IMG/VR virus record: IMGVR_UViG_2558309013_000001
Coordinates: 6,779 to 70,778 of that record
Origin: a virus
Lineage: Duplodnaviria; Caudoviricetes
Strand: one strand, 5' to 3'
Length of the DNA: 64,000 nt
In this document: piece by piece, positions 39,858-49,077 of the stretch
Layout: every line of letters begins with the position of its first letter
Position numbering within the stretch: the stretch's first letter is position 1
Notes under the pieces: generated by a model
Told to the model about the DNA's origin: nothing
What the model saw: the letters and a program-made list of their open reading frames with translations, nothing else
The model's database searches: none
Position numbers and translations under genes: made by a program

Positions 39858-40303
39858 AAGAGACGATATGTATGGTTATAGGCGCAATAGGCGGATTTAT
39901 CGCGTCACTGTTCGGAGGCTGGGATTCAGCTCTTGCAACTCTCATAATCTTTATGGCTATTGACTTTGCAACAGGCATGATAACAGCAGCTATGGGAAGG
40001 TCCAAACACACTGATACAGGCAAACTCAGCAGTAAAGCCGGATGGCTTGGACTGGCAAAGAAGTGCAGTATCCTTATGCTGATTATTGTAGCGGTAAGAC
40101 TTGATATTCTTCTGAATACCAACTATGTCCGTGACGCAGTCTGCATAGGCTTCTGCGCTAATGAGGTGCTTTCAATTATCGAAAACACCAGTCTTATGGG
40201 TATTCCATATCCACCCGCACTGAAAAATGCTATTGAGATCCTGCAGGAAAAAGCAGGCAGAAAGGATGATAATGATGACAATGATTCTGAAGGCAGATTC
40301 TAA
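39854..40303 (+). CDS. Phage holin (holin_4 / toxin-secretion type)
   Basis: GGWD..L..L..FM.ID..TG, LSS..G..GL.KK, NE.LSIIEN. Confidence 0.9.
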   Translation: MKETICMVIGAIGGFIASLFGGWDSALATLIIFMAIDFATGMITAAMGRSKHTDTGKLSSKAGWLGLAKKCSILMLIIVAVRLDILLNTNYVRDAVCIGFCANEVLSIIENTSLMGIPYPPALKNAIEILQEKAGRKDDNDDNDSEGRF

Positions 40304-41285
40304 TAATGTTATAAACGGAGTTCCGGTCAATGAGTATATGCTCACAAACCATAATCCCAATAATATCGAAATGCCCTCCGCTTCTATGGAGGGCAAAGTT
40401 ATAGGTATAACCATTCATAATACAGACTGGATAACTACAATAGAAGGCACAACGCCTGCTGAGCAGTATACCAGAGCTACTGTAAACGGCAATATGAAGG
40501 ACGTGCGTGTTCACTATTACTGCGACGACACCTGTGCATGGCAGAACCTGCCTCTAACACTCTCAGGCTGGCATGCAGCTGACGGAGACGGCAGCGGTAA
40601 CAGACGTACTATAGCTATTGAGTGTATTATGTCTTCTGCCTATAACGATACCGATAAAAAGTCTGAGGATAACTGTGCAAGACTTGCTGCAGCACTGCTT
40701 AAGATGTATAACCTCAGTATAGATAATCTCTATACCCATACATACTGGCTTAACGTTCGTGACGGCAAAAGAGGCTCTGTCGATGAGCTCAATGTTATGT
40801 ATAACAGCTATAAGATGTGTCCGGCATATATACTCCCGCACTGGAACGAATTCAAAGCTAAGGTACAGTTGTATATGGGTGAAACGGCTCCTGCACCCAA
40901 ACCTAAAACTGCAGCAAAGAAGGTACTCTATCGTGTAAGGAAGTCATGGAAAGATGCCAAGTCACAGGTAGGCGCATTTGAAGTACTTGAAAACGCTCTG
41001 AAGGCTTGTCCTGTAGGATATACCGTATATGATAATGCGGGAGTACCTATAAGCACTAAGGCCGTAGAACTGCAGAGAGGCGCTACAATTACACTTATTA
41101 ACGCACCTCTGTATGCATCATCTGATGCGGATCAGCCATCTAATACCGTTAATGGTACATACTACCTTTATGACGGAGTTAACTTCAATGGTCGAGTGCG
41201 TATAACCAATTCACCTGATAAATGCGGTAACACTCCAGTGGGGTATTATGTTACAGGATATGTCTCAATCGAAAATATCACATAA
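40272..41285 (+). CDS. Endolysin, N-acetylmuramoyl-L-alanine amidase
   Basis: ITIHNT, HYY.DD, GWHA.DG...GN..TIAIE, KMCP; C-terminal LYRVRKSW and SH3-like binding region. Confidence 0.9.
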   Translation: MMTMILKADSNNVINGVPVNEYMLTNHNPNNIEMPSASMEGKVIGITIHNTDWITTIEGTTPAEQYTRATVNGNMKDVRVHYYCDDTCAWQNLPLTLSGWHAADGDGSGNRRTIAIECIMSSAYNDTDKKSEDNCARLAAALLKMYNLSIDNLYTHTYWLNVRDGKRGSVDELNVMYNSYKMCPAYILPHWNEFKAKVQLYMGETAPAPKPKTAAKKVLYRVRKSWKDAKSQVGAFEVLENALKACPVGYTVYDNAGVPISTKAVELQRGATITLINAPLYASSDADQPSNTVNGTYYLYDGVNFNGRVRITNSPDKCGNTPVGYYVTGYVSIENIT

Positions 41286-41428
41286 TACTGACAATTATTA
41301 AGCTTTAAATCGGCTATATAACGGCATATTATTCGTTGACTTTGAGTGGAATACAGGGTAATATGTAACACGAAAGGAGACGGTGATATGCCGAAAACAA
41401 GCCAAATCAAGACTGAAAGGAGATTATC

Positions 41429-42253
41429 ATGGAATACAAGATATTGGTTATGGACAGAAAGGAACTTGTAACGAGGATGGAGCAGCTTACAGGAATACGG
41501 GCAAGATTCCAGCCGGGCAGAACATCCTCGTATAAGATCGACAGATATATTATTTCATGTAACAAGACACTTACTGTCCCTGATGATGCAGATTTCGATA
41601 TGCTGAAAATGCTGACTGATGAAGGGCTTATAGAGCCTGCAGCTACTGAGGAACAGATATCTGAACAAGGGGCTTTAGAACACGAAGAACCTAATGAAAA
41701 CAGTATTTACCTGCCGATGGGGGAATACACCGGCGTTACCTTGAGAAACCTTGTAAAGATACTGTATATCAGGGCAGTACTGATACAAAAGTCTACAGGA
41801 GCCAGAATTGAAGTAACTGACTCATTTATGAATTTCCTTAAGGATGATCGCTGTACCTTCTCTGTTCCGAACTTCCTGAAGGCAGTAGCAGAGTTTGAGA
41901 GAAAAAACGGAATCGGATGTAAAGGAGTATTTTTCACTGAAGATAATGTCATCATAACAGCGGAGCAGGATAATAAGGATGAAACCCATAGACAAGCTTA
42001 TATTGACCTTATTACCTGTATTAATAAAAAAGCAATATCAGGCAGACCTGTTATCTTCAGCAAAACCGATTTTTCAAACGAGAAGTTTGCGATGCGTATA
42101 TGGCTTGACAGTATAGGGATGACAGCTGAAGAGTACAAAATAAGCCGTAAGACGCTTATGAAGCCTCTAACAGGAAATTCTTCGCGTAAAACAAAGGAAC
42201 AGTTGGAGGCAAGTATCAGGAGGTATTTGGAAAGGAGAAAGGCGCATGTATAA
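41429..42253 (+). CDS. 'Virulence-related' family paralog upstream of the recombinases
   Basis: DRKELV, TLRNLV, NEKFAMRIWL..IGM....YK..R..L...LTGNSS. Confidence 0.65.
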   Translation: MEYKILVMDRKELVTRMEQLTGIRARFQPGRTSSYKIDRYIISCNKTLTVPDDADFDMLKMLTDEGLIEPAATEEQISEQGALEHEEPNENSIYLPMGEYTGVTLRNLVKILYIRAVLIQKSTGARIEVTDSFMNFLKDDRCTFSVPNFLKAVAEFERKNGIGCKGVFFTEDNVIITAEQDNKDETHRQAYIDLITCINKKAISGRPVIFSKTDFSNEKFAMRIWLDSIGMTAEEYKISRKTLMKPLTGNSSRKTKEQLEASIRRYLERRKAHV

Positions 42254-43910
42254 TTCTTCAGAAGCACTGGATTTTTCAGACCTACCTGATTTTTCTTCTT
42301 TTGCCTGTAATTTAAAAGAGGAAAGTATGCCTGCCCTTCTGAAAGTAGCCTGCTATATACGAGTCAGTTCCGACTCATTTGATCAGGAAAACAGCTATGA
42401 GGCACAGGAGCAGTATTTTACAAAGCTCTTGGCTTCACATGACGACTGGGATTCAGTTGGTGTGTATTCTGATTATGGTATATCAGGTACGAAGCAGGAT
42501 AACCGCAGCGGCCTTAAACGACTGTTAAGGCACTGCGAGGAGGGAAAGGTCAACCGTATCATCTGCAAATCCATAAGCAGGTTTTCAAGAAACACAGCCG
42601 ATACTATAGAAACCGTAAGACATCTGCTGAGTATCGGCGTAACCTGCTTCTTTGAAAAGGAAAATCTTGATACAGGTGATCTTAAAAGCGAATTTATACT
42701 GACAACATTAGCTGCACTGGCTCAGGAAGAGTCCAGATCTATTTCAGAAAACATCTGCTGGGGGCGTGGAAAACTTGCTCTGCGAGGTGATGTTCCTAAT
42801 GAAGAGCTCTATGGATACCGGTTTGGAGATTACGAGACGACTGAAACCGGCTACAAGCGCAGAACTGTAAAGATCATTGAAGAAGAGGCCGAGACTGTAC
42901 GAAGAATATTTAAACTGTATGTGGAAGGCTTCGGTCCGGTGGCTATCGCACGTATTCTTAATGAAGAGAATGCTCCTGCACCGAATGATGGCACAGGATG
43001 GACATCTAGCCAGATTCAGCTTATAGTTTCAAATGAGAGATACTGCGGTGATGTACTGACCCACAAGTCATATACCGAGAGTTTTTTAACACATAAAACC
43101 CGGAAGAACAGAGGCGAAAAGCAGCAGTTATATATACAGGACCATCATCCTGCTATAGTATCCAGAGAGATGTTTAATAAGGCGAAAAGCCGACGGTGCA
43201 GGGGCGGGTATGAGAAAAAAACAATGACTTATCCATATTCCGGCAGGCTTAAGTGTGCATGCTGCGGTTCCAATTATCACAGACTCGCTGGTAACTCAGT
43301 GTACTGGCTTTGTTGTAAAGTAGCACTGAGAAACGGGAAAAAGCTCTGTAATTCGAAAAGAATAAGTGAAGAATCACTTAATGTCATGTTCAGAAAAGCA
43401 GTTCTTACGAGATTCCAGACATTCAACGACCTTATGGCTCTTCTTGAAACCATGCAGGATATGGACTATGTGGAGCGTGACCGCAGTATTATGAAAAAGC
43501 AGATAGCCATAGCCGAAGCTGAGTATGATGATATACAGGCAGAATGTGATAGGCTTAAGGCGAATATTGAAGTGCAGGGACTGCGGAGTGAGCTTAATGG
43601 TGATAGTATAAATATCAGCGAAATGGCGGAAAAACTGGAAGAAAAGCAGAAAATAGCCGATAACCTTAGAAATGAGAAAGAATCCCTTGAGGTGGAACTG
43701 GATGAAAAAGAAAGCCGCTGGGAGCTTATGGAAAAGGATTACGATGCCCGGAAGACACTGGTGGAGATAATGGAGTTATCCACAGAACGGGAGCTGCTTG
43801 ATACGCTGCACCTTCATATTAAGGCTCTGGCGATATCAATTACGGTTCATAGTCCGACACATATTACGGTCCTCTGGTTTGATGAAACTCAGACTGATAT
43901 AGAAATATAG
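42246..43910 (+). CDS. Large serine recombinase 1
   Basis: YIRVSS, YSDYGISG, KSISRFSRN, AQEES.SIS.N, HPAIVS, C..CG zinc ribbon, coiled coil. Confidence 0.92.
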   Translation: MYNSSEALDFSDLPDFSSFACNLKEESMPALLKVACYIRVSSDSFDQENSYEAQEQYFTKLLASHDDWDSVGVYSDYGISGTKQDNRSGLKRLLRHCEEGKVNRIICKSISRFSRNTADTIETVRHLLSIGVTCFFEKENLDTGDLKSEFILTTLAALAQEESRSISENICWGRGKLALRGDVPNEELYGYRFGDYETTETGYKRRTVKIIEEEAETVRRIFKLYVEGFGPVAIARILNEENAPAPNDGTGWTSSQIQLIVSNERYCGDVLTHKSYTESFLTHKTRKNRGEKQQLYIQDHHPAIVSREMFNKAKSRRCRGGYEKKTMTYPYSGRLKCACCGSNYHRLAGNSVYWLCCKVALRNGKKLCNSKRISEESLNVMFRKAVLTRFQTFNDLMALLETMQDMDYVERDRSIMKKQIAIAEAEYDDIQAECDRLKANIEVQGLRSELNGDSINISEMAEKLEEKQKIADNLRNEKESLEVELDEKESRWELMEKDYDARKTLVEIMELSTERELLDTLHLHIKALAISITVHSPTHITVLWFDETQTDIEI

Positions 43911-43929
43911 GCGAAAAGGAGAGATTTAT

Positions 43930-45894
43930 ATGAATTCACAGATACTGACAGCATCAAATGTACAGGTGCTTCCTAAAAAGGAGCATAGGAAAAAGAATGA
44001 AAAGCTCAGAGCTGTCTGCTATGCCCGTGTGAGCAGTGAGCAGGACAGCCAGACGCTTTCCTATGAAAATCAGAAGAAATACTTCATCGACTATATCAAT
44101 AGTCAGGAAAACCTTGAATTCGCAGGATTTTACGGAGATGAAGCCATAAGTGGTACAAACAGAAAGCGCAGAGTACAGTTCAACCAGATGATGGAAGACG
44201 CAAAAGCCCATAAGTTCGACCTTATCCTGACTAAGAGTCTGTCAAGATGGGCGAGAAATACACTAGACGCCCTTGCCTGCATACGAGAGCTTAAAGCACT
44301 TAATCCACCGGTCCGTGTCATATTTCAGAAGGAGAATATTGACACAGCAAACGCGCAGGGAGAACTGGTACTTACCATTATGTCAGCATTAGCGCAGGAG
44401 GAATCAAGGTCTATATCTGAAAATATCCGCTGGAGCCTGCAGAAGAAGTTCCAGAAAGGAGAACCTGTACATAACCTGGATCGTACCATGGGGTATGAAT
44501 ACGGTGAAAACGGGGAGTGGGTAATTAATCCAACACAGGCATCCATAATCAGATATATCTATGAAAATTACGCAGACGGAATATCCTCAACAGAGATAGC
44601 AAAAAGGCTTAATGCACATGGTATCCTTACAGTTATCGGGAAGCCGTGGCGTTCAGATGCCATTATGCGAATACTGCGAAATGAGATCTATGCAGGTAAT
44701 CTTATCCTTCAGAAGAATGTAACAGTGGATTTCCTGACTCATAAATGTGTACCTAATGACGATATATCGCCAAAATACTTTATAGAGAACCATCATCCTG
44801 CCATTATAGAGCCGGAACTGTTATCCAGAGTGGAGAAAAGGCTTGATGAGATAAGGTACAGACAGAAATGTACCAAGACAAACGGACATATAGCGTTCCC
44901 GTTTACAAATCTTACACTGGTGGATGGAACACGTCTAGAGCGTGTTCCTTATCGAACAGCTGCTAAGGGATACACTGATGATGAAGGGAAAAGCGGCTAT
45001 TATTTTCAGAATCCGGTTGCAAAAACGGTTGATCTGAAGATAATACCGGGCTCAGACAGAACATACCTGTGTGCGGCTTCCATTGAGCAGAGCTTTATGG
45101 AGATGCTGTACCGGCTTAAACGAGAATATGAGGAAAAAGGTAAGGAAGCTGAGTTTTATAAGAGTGTGCAGCGTATTCTTATGAAGAATAGTCGGGGAGA
45201 CACAGAAAAGCATAAGCTTGAAATGATGGATGCTGAGCTTAAGAATACAGCAGAAGTATACAGGAAGGCGGCTGCAGGCAGGCAAAAAGCTGAAGTTGAG
45301 GGACGTGATCCTACTCCTTATCTGGAGCTTATGAGAGATATAGCGAGAAAGCTTGAGACACTGAAATCGCAGAAATCAGAACTTGAAAGTGTATATAACA
45401 CGGGAATGATCGAGGAAAATCTGGCGGCTTTTATACGGGAACTGGAAGAATTACCTACGGAAAACAAGCTCGGAAAGCCAATTGTAGTGAATGGACTAGA
45501 TTCTCTACCAATCTTTATATGTGAAGATGGCAGTGTTAATGAAAACCGTCTCCAAGGTTATCGCAGGGGATTCTTCCGCCTGACACCGGAAAAAGTGGAA
45601 GCAGCGCCTGAGATGCTGGAATTTAAGGACCTTATATACCGGAGATTTATAAAGAAGGGAACGGTATATGGAGATGTCATCGAGTATGATACCACATTGG
45701 GAATAAAGCTGCGATGCGGTGGAAACCTGCGAACTTTGCGTCAATTCTACGGATACAAGCGCATAAACAGTGATAAAACGCTTAGTGTGATACTGGGAGT
45801 GTGGGAAGTAAGGAAAAGTAAGCTTTTCCAGCCGGGACACAGGAAAAAGACGGCTGAGATTGAAAGTAAAGCTTTAGATGGAGTAATTGACTGA
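43930..45894 (+). CDS. Large serine recombinase 2
   Basis: YARVSS, DEAISGT, KSLSRWARN, AQEESRSISEN, HHPAII. Confidence 0.92.
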   Translation: MNSQILTASNVQVLPKKEHRKKNEKLRAVCYARVSSEQDSQTLSYENQKKYFIDYINSQENLEFAGFYGDEAISGTNRKRRVQFNQMMEDAKAHKFDLILTKSLSRWARNTLDALACIRELKALNPPVRVIFQKENIDTANAQGELVLTIMSALAQEESRSISENIRWSLQKKFQKGEPVHNLDRTMGYEYGENGEWVINPTQASIIRYIYENYADGISSTEIAKRLNAHGILTVIGKPWRSDAIMRILRNEIYAGNLILQKNVTVDFLTHKCVPNDDISPKYFIENHHPAIIEPELLSRVEKRLDEIRYRQKCTKTNGHIAFPFTNLTLVDGTRLERVPYRTAAKGYTDDEGKSGYYFQNPVAKTVDLKIIPGSDRTYLCAASIEQSFMEMLYRLKREYEEKGKEAEFYKSVQRILMKNSRGDTEKHKLEMMDAELKNTAEVYRKAAAGRQKAEVEGRDPTPYLELMRDIARKLETLKSQKSELESVYNTGMIEENLAAFIRELEELPTENKLGKPIVVNGLDSLPIFICEDGSVNENRLQGYRRGFFRLTPEKVEAAPEMLEFKDLIYRRFIKKGTVYGDVIEYDTTLGIKLRCGGNLRTLRQFYGYKRINSDKTLSVILGVWEVRKSKLFQPGHRKKTAEIESKALDGVID

Positions 45895-46042
45895 TATTGA
45901 CGGCGGAGATATGAAAAACAGCTATTTTAGCCTTTAGCTCCGCCGATTTATCAAAGAATTACTCAAATGACTTGAATTATTCTCCTAAAGATGATATAAT
46001 AAGTATTAAATCAAGACATTAGTTAGAAAGGAGAGTGAGATC

Positions 46043-47632
46043 ATGGGAACTTATTTAAATCCAGGCAACAGTAGCTTTATGAATAACTGTGATGAAAATT
46101 ATGTGGATAAGACTATGCTTATTTCGTTGATTAATGACACGATTAATAAATCTAAAAAGATGACCTGCGTCAGCAGACCGCGTCGTTTCGGCAAGTCCTT
46201 TGCTGCACAGATGCTTTGTGCTTATTATGACTGTTCGTGTGATTCGCATGAGTTATTTGACAATTTGAAAATAGCTCAGGACATTTCTTATGAGACACAC
46301 ATAAATAAATATGATGTGATTTATATCGACATGACGGGCATCAAGCCTTATTGTAATGATTATAAGACCATTCGCTCCTTTTTAGTTAGCAAATTGACGG
46401 CAGAATTGAAAGCAAAATATCCTGATGCTGTAGTAGATGATGATTTCCCCTCTACACTGATTAATGTGTATTCTATTTCAAATACCAAATTCATCTTTAT
46501 TATTGATGAATGGGATGCGCCAATCAGAGAAGCACAGGATAATCCTGTTATTCAGGAGCAGTACTTGGAGTTTTTAAGGTCCATTTTCAAGAATTCTGGT
46601 GTTACTGATCGAGTGATTGCTGCTGCATACATGACTGGTATTCTTCCAATCAAAAAGCAGAAGGGGCAATCAGCTGTATCCGCATTCAATGAATTTACTG
46701 TTTTAAAACCTAGAAAATTTGCTGGGTATGTTGGCTTTACTGAAGAAGAAGTCCAGAAGCTTTGCGCTGAGCATGACATGGATTTTGAAACCATGAAACG
46801 GTGGTATGATGGATATTCTTTTAAGGGCGTAGGTTCTGTTTATAATCCGAATTCGGTAATGCAGGCAATTGAAAACGATGATTTTGCTTCCTATTGGACA
46901 GAGACATCTGCCGCTGAAGGATTAATGGATTACATTAGTAAAGACTACAATGGATTGACAAAAACTATTGCAGAATTGATCGCAGGGATTGAAGTTGAAA
47001 TCGATCCGGAAGGTTTTGCGAATGATCTTACTACATTCAGAGGAAAAGATGATGTTCTGACACTTCTCGCTCATCTTGGCTATCTTGCGTATGATGCTGA
47101 TACAAGTACAGTTTGTATTCCTAACGAAGAAATCCGCAGGGAATTTCAGAAAGCTGTTCGTAAGGTTAATCACACTGAAACACTGAATCGGCTGAAGGAA
47201 AGCGAACAGCTTTTTGCTGACACGCTTGCAGGAAACGAAGAGGCAGTTGCTGCTCAGATTGAGAAAATTCATAGAGAAGAAACTGCTTCATTACATTATA
47301 ACAGCGAGAATAGCCTCCGCAGTGTAATCAAGCTTGCATACTACACATACAGAGATAACTATGTGCAGTGGGAAGAGATGCCTGCTGGAGATGGTTTTGC
47401 TGATGTTGCATTCCTTCCAAAGTATGATTCTGACTATCCGATTCTTGTGATTGAACTGAAATGGAAAAAAACTGCAGAAACAGCTATTCAGCAGATAAAA
47501 AAACGTCACTATCCCGATTCTTTCAAAGGCTACGGTCGGAACATTATCCTTGTTGGAATCACTTATGACAAGGATGATAAGCCAGGCGAGAGAACACATA
47601 TCTGTAAGATTGAAAAGGTTGAAATGAAATAA
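46043..47632 (+). CDS. AAA-ATPase-like + PD-(D/E)XK nuclease protein
   Basis: YVDKT, RPRRFGKS, IIDEWD, TGILP, YNP.SV; C-terminal G.AD...P...IELK. Confidence 0.88.
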   Translation: MGTYLNPGNSSFMNNCDENYVDKTMLISLINDTINKSKKMTCVSRPRRFGKSFAAQMLCAYYDCSCDSHELFDNLKIAQDISYETHINKYDVIYIDMTGIKPYCNDYKTIRSFLVSKLTAELKAKYPDAVVDDDFPSTLINVYSISNTKFIFIIDEWDAPIREAQDNPVIQEQYLEFLRSIFKNSGVTDRVIAAAYMTGILPIKKQKGQSAVSAFNEFTVLKPRKFAGYVGFTEEEVQKLCAEHDMDFETMKRWYDGYSFKGVGSVYNPNSVMQAIENDDFASYWTETSAAEGLMDYISKDYNGLTKTIAELIAGIEVEIDPEGFANDLTTFRGKDDVLTLLAHLGYLAYDADTSTVCIPNEEIRREFQKAVRKVNHTETLNRLKESEQLFADTLAGNEEAVAAQIEKIHREETASLHYNSENSLRSVIKLAYYTYRDNYVQWEEMPAGDGFADVAFLPKYDSDYPILVIELKWKKTAETAIQQIKKRHYPDSFKGYGRNIILVGITYDKDDKPGERTHICKIEKVEMK

Positions 47633-47663
47633 TCAGTTACTAAGTTAATAGCTGTAATATTAC

Positions 47664-47714
47664 AAAGGTCCTAAAAGGTCTAAAAAAGGTCCTAAAAGGT
47701 CTTAAAAGGTCCTA
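47664..47714. repeat. Five tandem AAAGGTC(C/T) units at 10-11 bp spacing
   Basis: AAAGGTC at 47664, 47674, 47685, 47695, 47705. Confidence 0.85.
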
Positions 47715-47720
47715 AAATGT

Positions 47721-47800
47721 TACCCGCTTTGCAGCGTCTATACTCCCTATGATTATCAGTGATGATAAGGCGAGGAAGTATATAGGTTGCTAGGCGGGTA
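47721..47800. repeat. ~80-bp hairpin element, copy 1
   Basis: TACCCGC...GCGGGTA outer stem; core TATCAGTGATGATAAGGC and tail TTGCTAGGCGGG shared with copy 2. Confidence 0.7.
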
Positions 47801-47901
47801 TAATTATACGCATAATTGAATATTTAATAAATAATGCACATCACTTATTTCAAAATGAAAAAGTGATGTGCTTGTTTGGGTTATGATCAAATCTATAATA
47901 A

Positions 47902-48114
47902 TTAAAAGAACCTGAGAAGCTGGAGATGTTTTTTATTCTTCTTCCTTTGTGCAAGCAATTCTAAAATCTTATCTCTGTCTGTAATATGTGACGTAGCAGG
48001 TGATGTAGGCACTCTTTTTGGCTCTTTTGCAGATTGGTCAAGTGCTTCTGCAAAAGCCTCAGCTGTTTTTCTGTCATTGATATTGAAACTTGCGAAGATA
48101 CTTGATGTTGCCAT
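47902..48114 (-). CDS. Small hypothetical protein, possibly an orphan antitoxin
   Basis: GGAGGTG RBS; MATSSIF...F..AL start. Confidence 0.55.
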   Translation of the reverse strand: MATSSIFASFNINDRKTAEAFAEALDQSAKEPKRVPTSPATSHITDRDKILELLAQRKKNKKHLQLLRFF

Positions 48115-48236
48115 AATAGCACCTCCAAATATAGATTGGCTATTAGCCTTATATACATTATAGGCTAAATTTATCGAAAAATCAAGTGCTTTTTCGATTT
48201 TTTACCTTTTGATATTTGATTTTAATATCTTTAAAG

Positions 48237-48281
48237 AAAAGGGAACAGAAAAGGGAATGGAAAAGGAAAGATAAAAGGGAA
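48237..48281. repeat. Four tandem AAAAGG(G/A)AA units at 12-bp period
   Basis: Units at 48237, 48249, 48261, 48273. Confidence 0.75.
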
Positions 48282-48304
48282 GATAAATAATTAAACAATA
48301 TGTA

Positions 48305-48382
48305 GCCTGCCTAGCGGCCTTAATGCTACCAAAGAATATCAGTGATGATAAGGCAAGAAAGAATAGTGCTTGCTAGGCGGGC
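48305..48382. repeat. ~80-bp hairpin element, copy 2
   Basis: GCCTGCCTAGC...GCTAGGCGGGC stem; same TATCAGTGATGATAAGGC core. Confidence 0.7.
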
Positions 48383-48491
48383 ATCTTTTTACAAATATAG
48401 ACGGCTATACATAAAGTTATAAGACTGCCCGTTATAGAGCAGAAGCACCCAAAGCGGATGCTCTGCTGCCTATGCGGGCAGTCTTATTATT

Positions 48492-48833
48492 TTAGATACC
48501 GTACTCCGAGAGGAGCTGTTTTAAGTGCTTAAGCATATCTACGAGGATTGTTTTTTCGTTTAAAGTGCATTCGTTCATAAGGTCGATTACTTCTGATTCG
48601 AGCTTTTGTGGGAGCGTTTCAAGGTAATCGACGAGGAGTTCATTAGATGATATTTTGAGTGCGTTGGCTATGGCGACTAAATTATCAATACTGGTTTTGC
48701 GTTCACCATGTTCGAGATAATTGAAGTGTCTCCATGAAACGCCGATAATATCAGCTAGTTCTTCCTGGGAGAGACCATTTTCTTCTCTGTAATGTCTTAT
48801 TCTTTCTCCAATAGTGTAATAGTTTATTTCCAT
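48492..48833 (-). CDS. XRE-family HTH regulator
   Basis: IGERIR.YR...GLSQEELA..IGVS......LE.G. Confidence 0.9.
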   Translation of the reverse strand: MEINYYTIGERIRHYREENGLSQEELADIIGVSWRHFNYLEHGERKTSIDNLVAIANALKISSNELLVDYLETLPQKLESEVIDLMNECTLNEKTILVDMLKHLKQLLSEYGI

Positions 48834-48968
48834 ATAAATTCAGCCTTTCTATGAGGCCCGCATTGGCAGTATATATATTACCATCTGTCAGGACACATAG
48901 CAAGCAAATTTGGAATATTTAAGATGGTGGTCATTTCTCCTCCAGCTGTTGCGCCATCTTAGCCCATT

Positions 48969-49020
48969 TTATGAACAATGAGTTCATAAGGAAATGGGAA
49001 ATTATGAACTGGTTGTTCAT
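48969..49020. promoter_or_regulatory. Twin palindromic operators ATGAAC-N5-GTTCAT
   Basis: Copies at 48971-48987 and 49004-49020 between divergent XRE and AAA genes. Confidence 0.65.
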
Positions 49021-49077
49021 GGTAAGATATCCCTAAGTACAGTATAATGATAATTGTATTAATAATGGCGGAGAGGA

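Larger units (their letters stand above)
2625..45894 (+). mobile_element. Siphovirus-type prophage with serine-recombinase integration module at the right end
   Basis: Continuous replication-packaging-head-tail-lysis-recombinase synteny; exact att ends not identified. Confidence 0.9.

Noticed and set aside
45901-45945. CGGCGGAG...CTCCGCCG as attR
   Set aside because: No matching half-site found at the left end; could simply be a terminator-like hairpin
47664-48281. Tandem repeats as a CRISPR array
   Set aside because: Units are 10-12 bp with no unique spacers, and no cas genes are present
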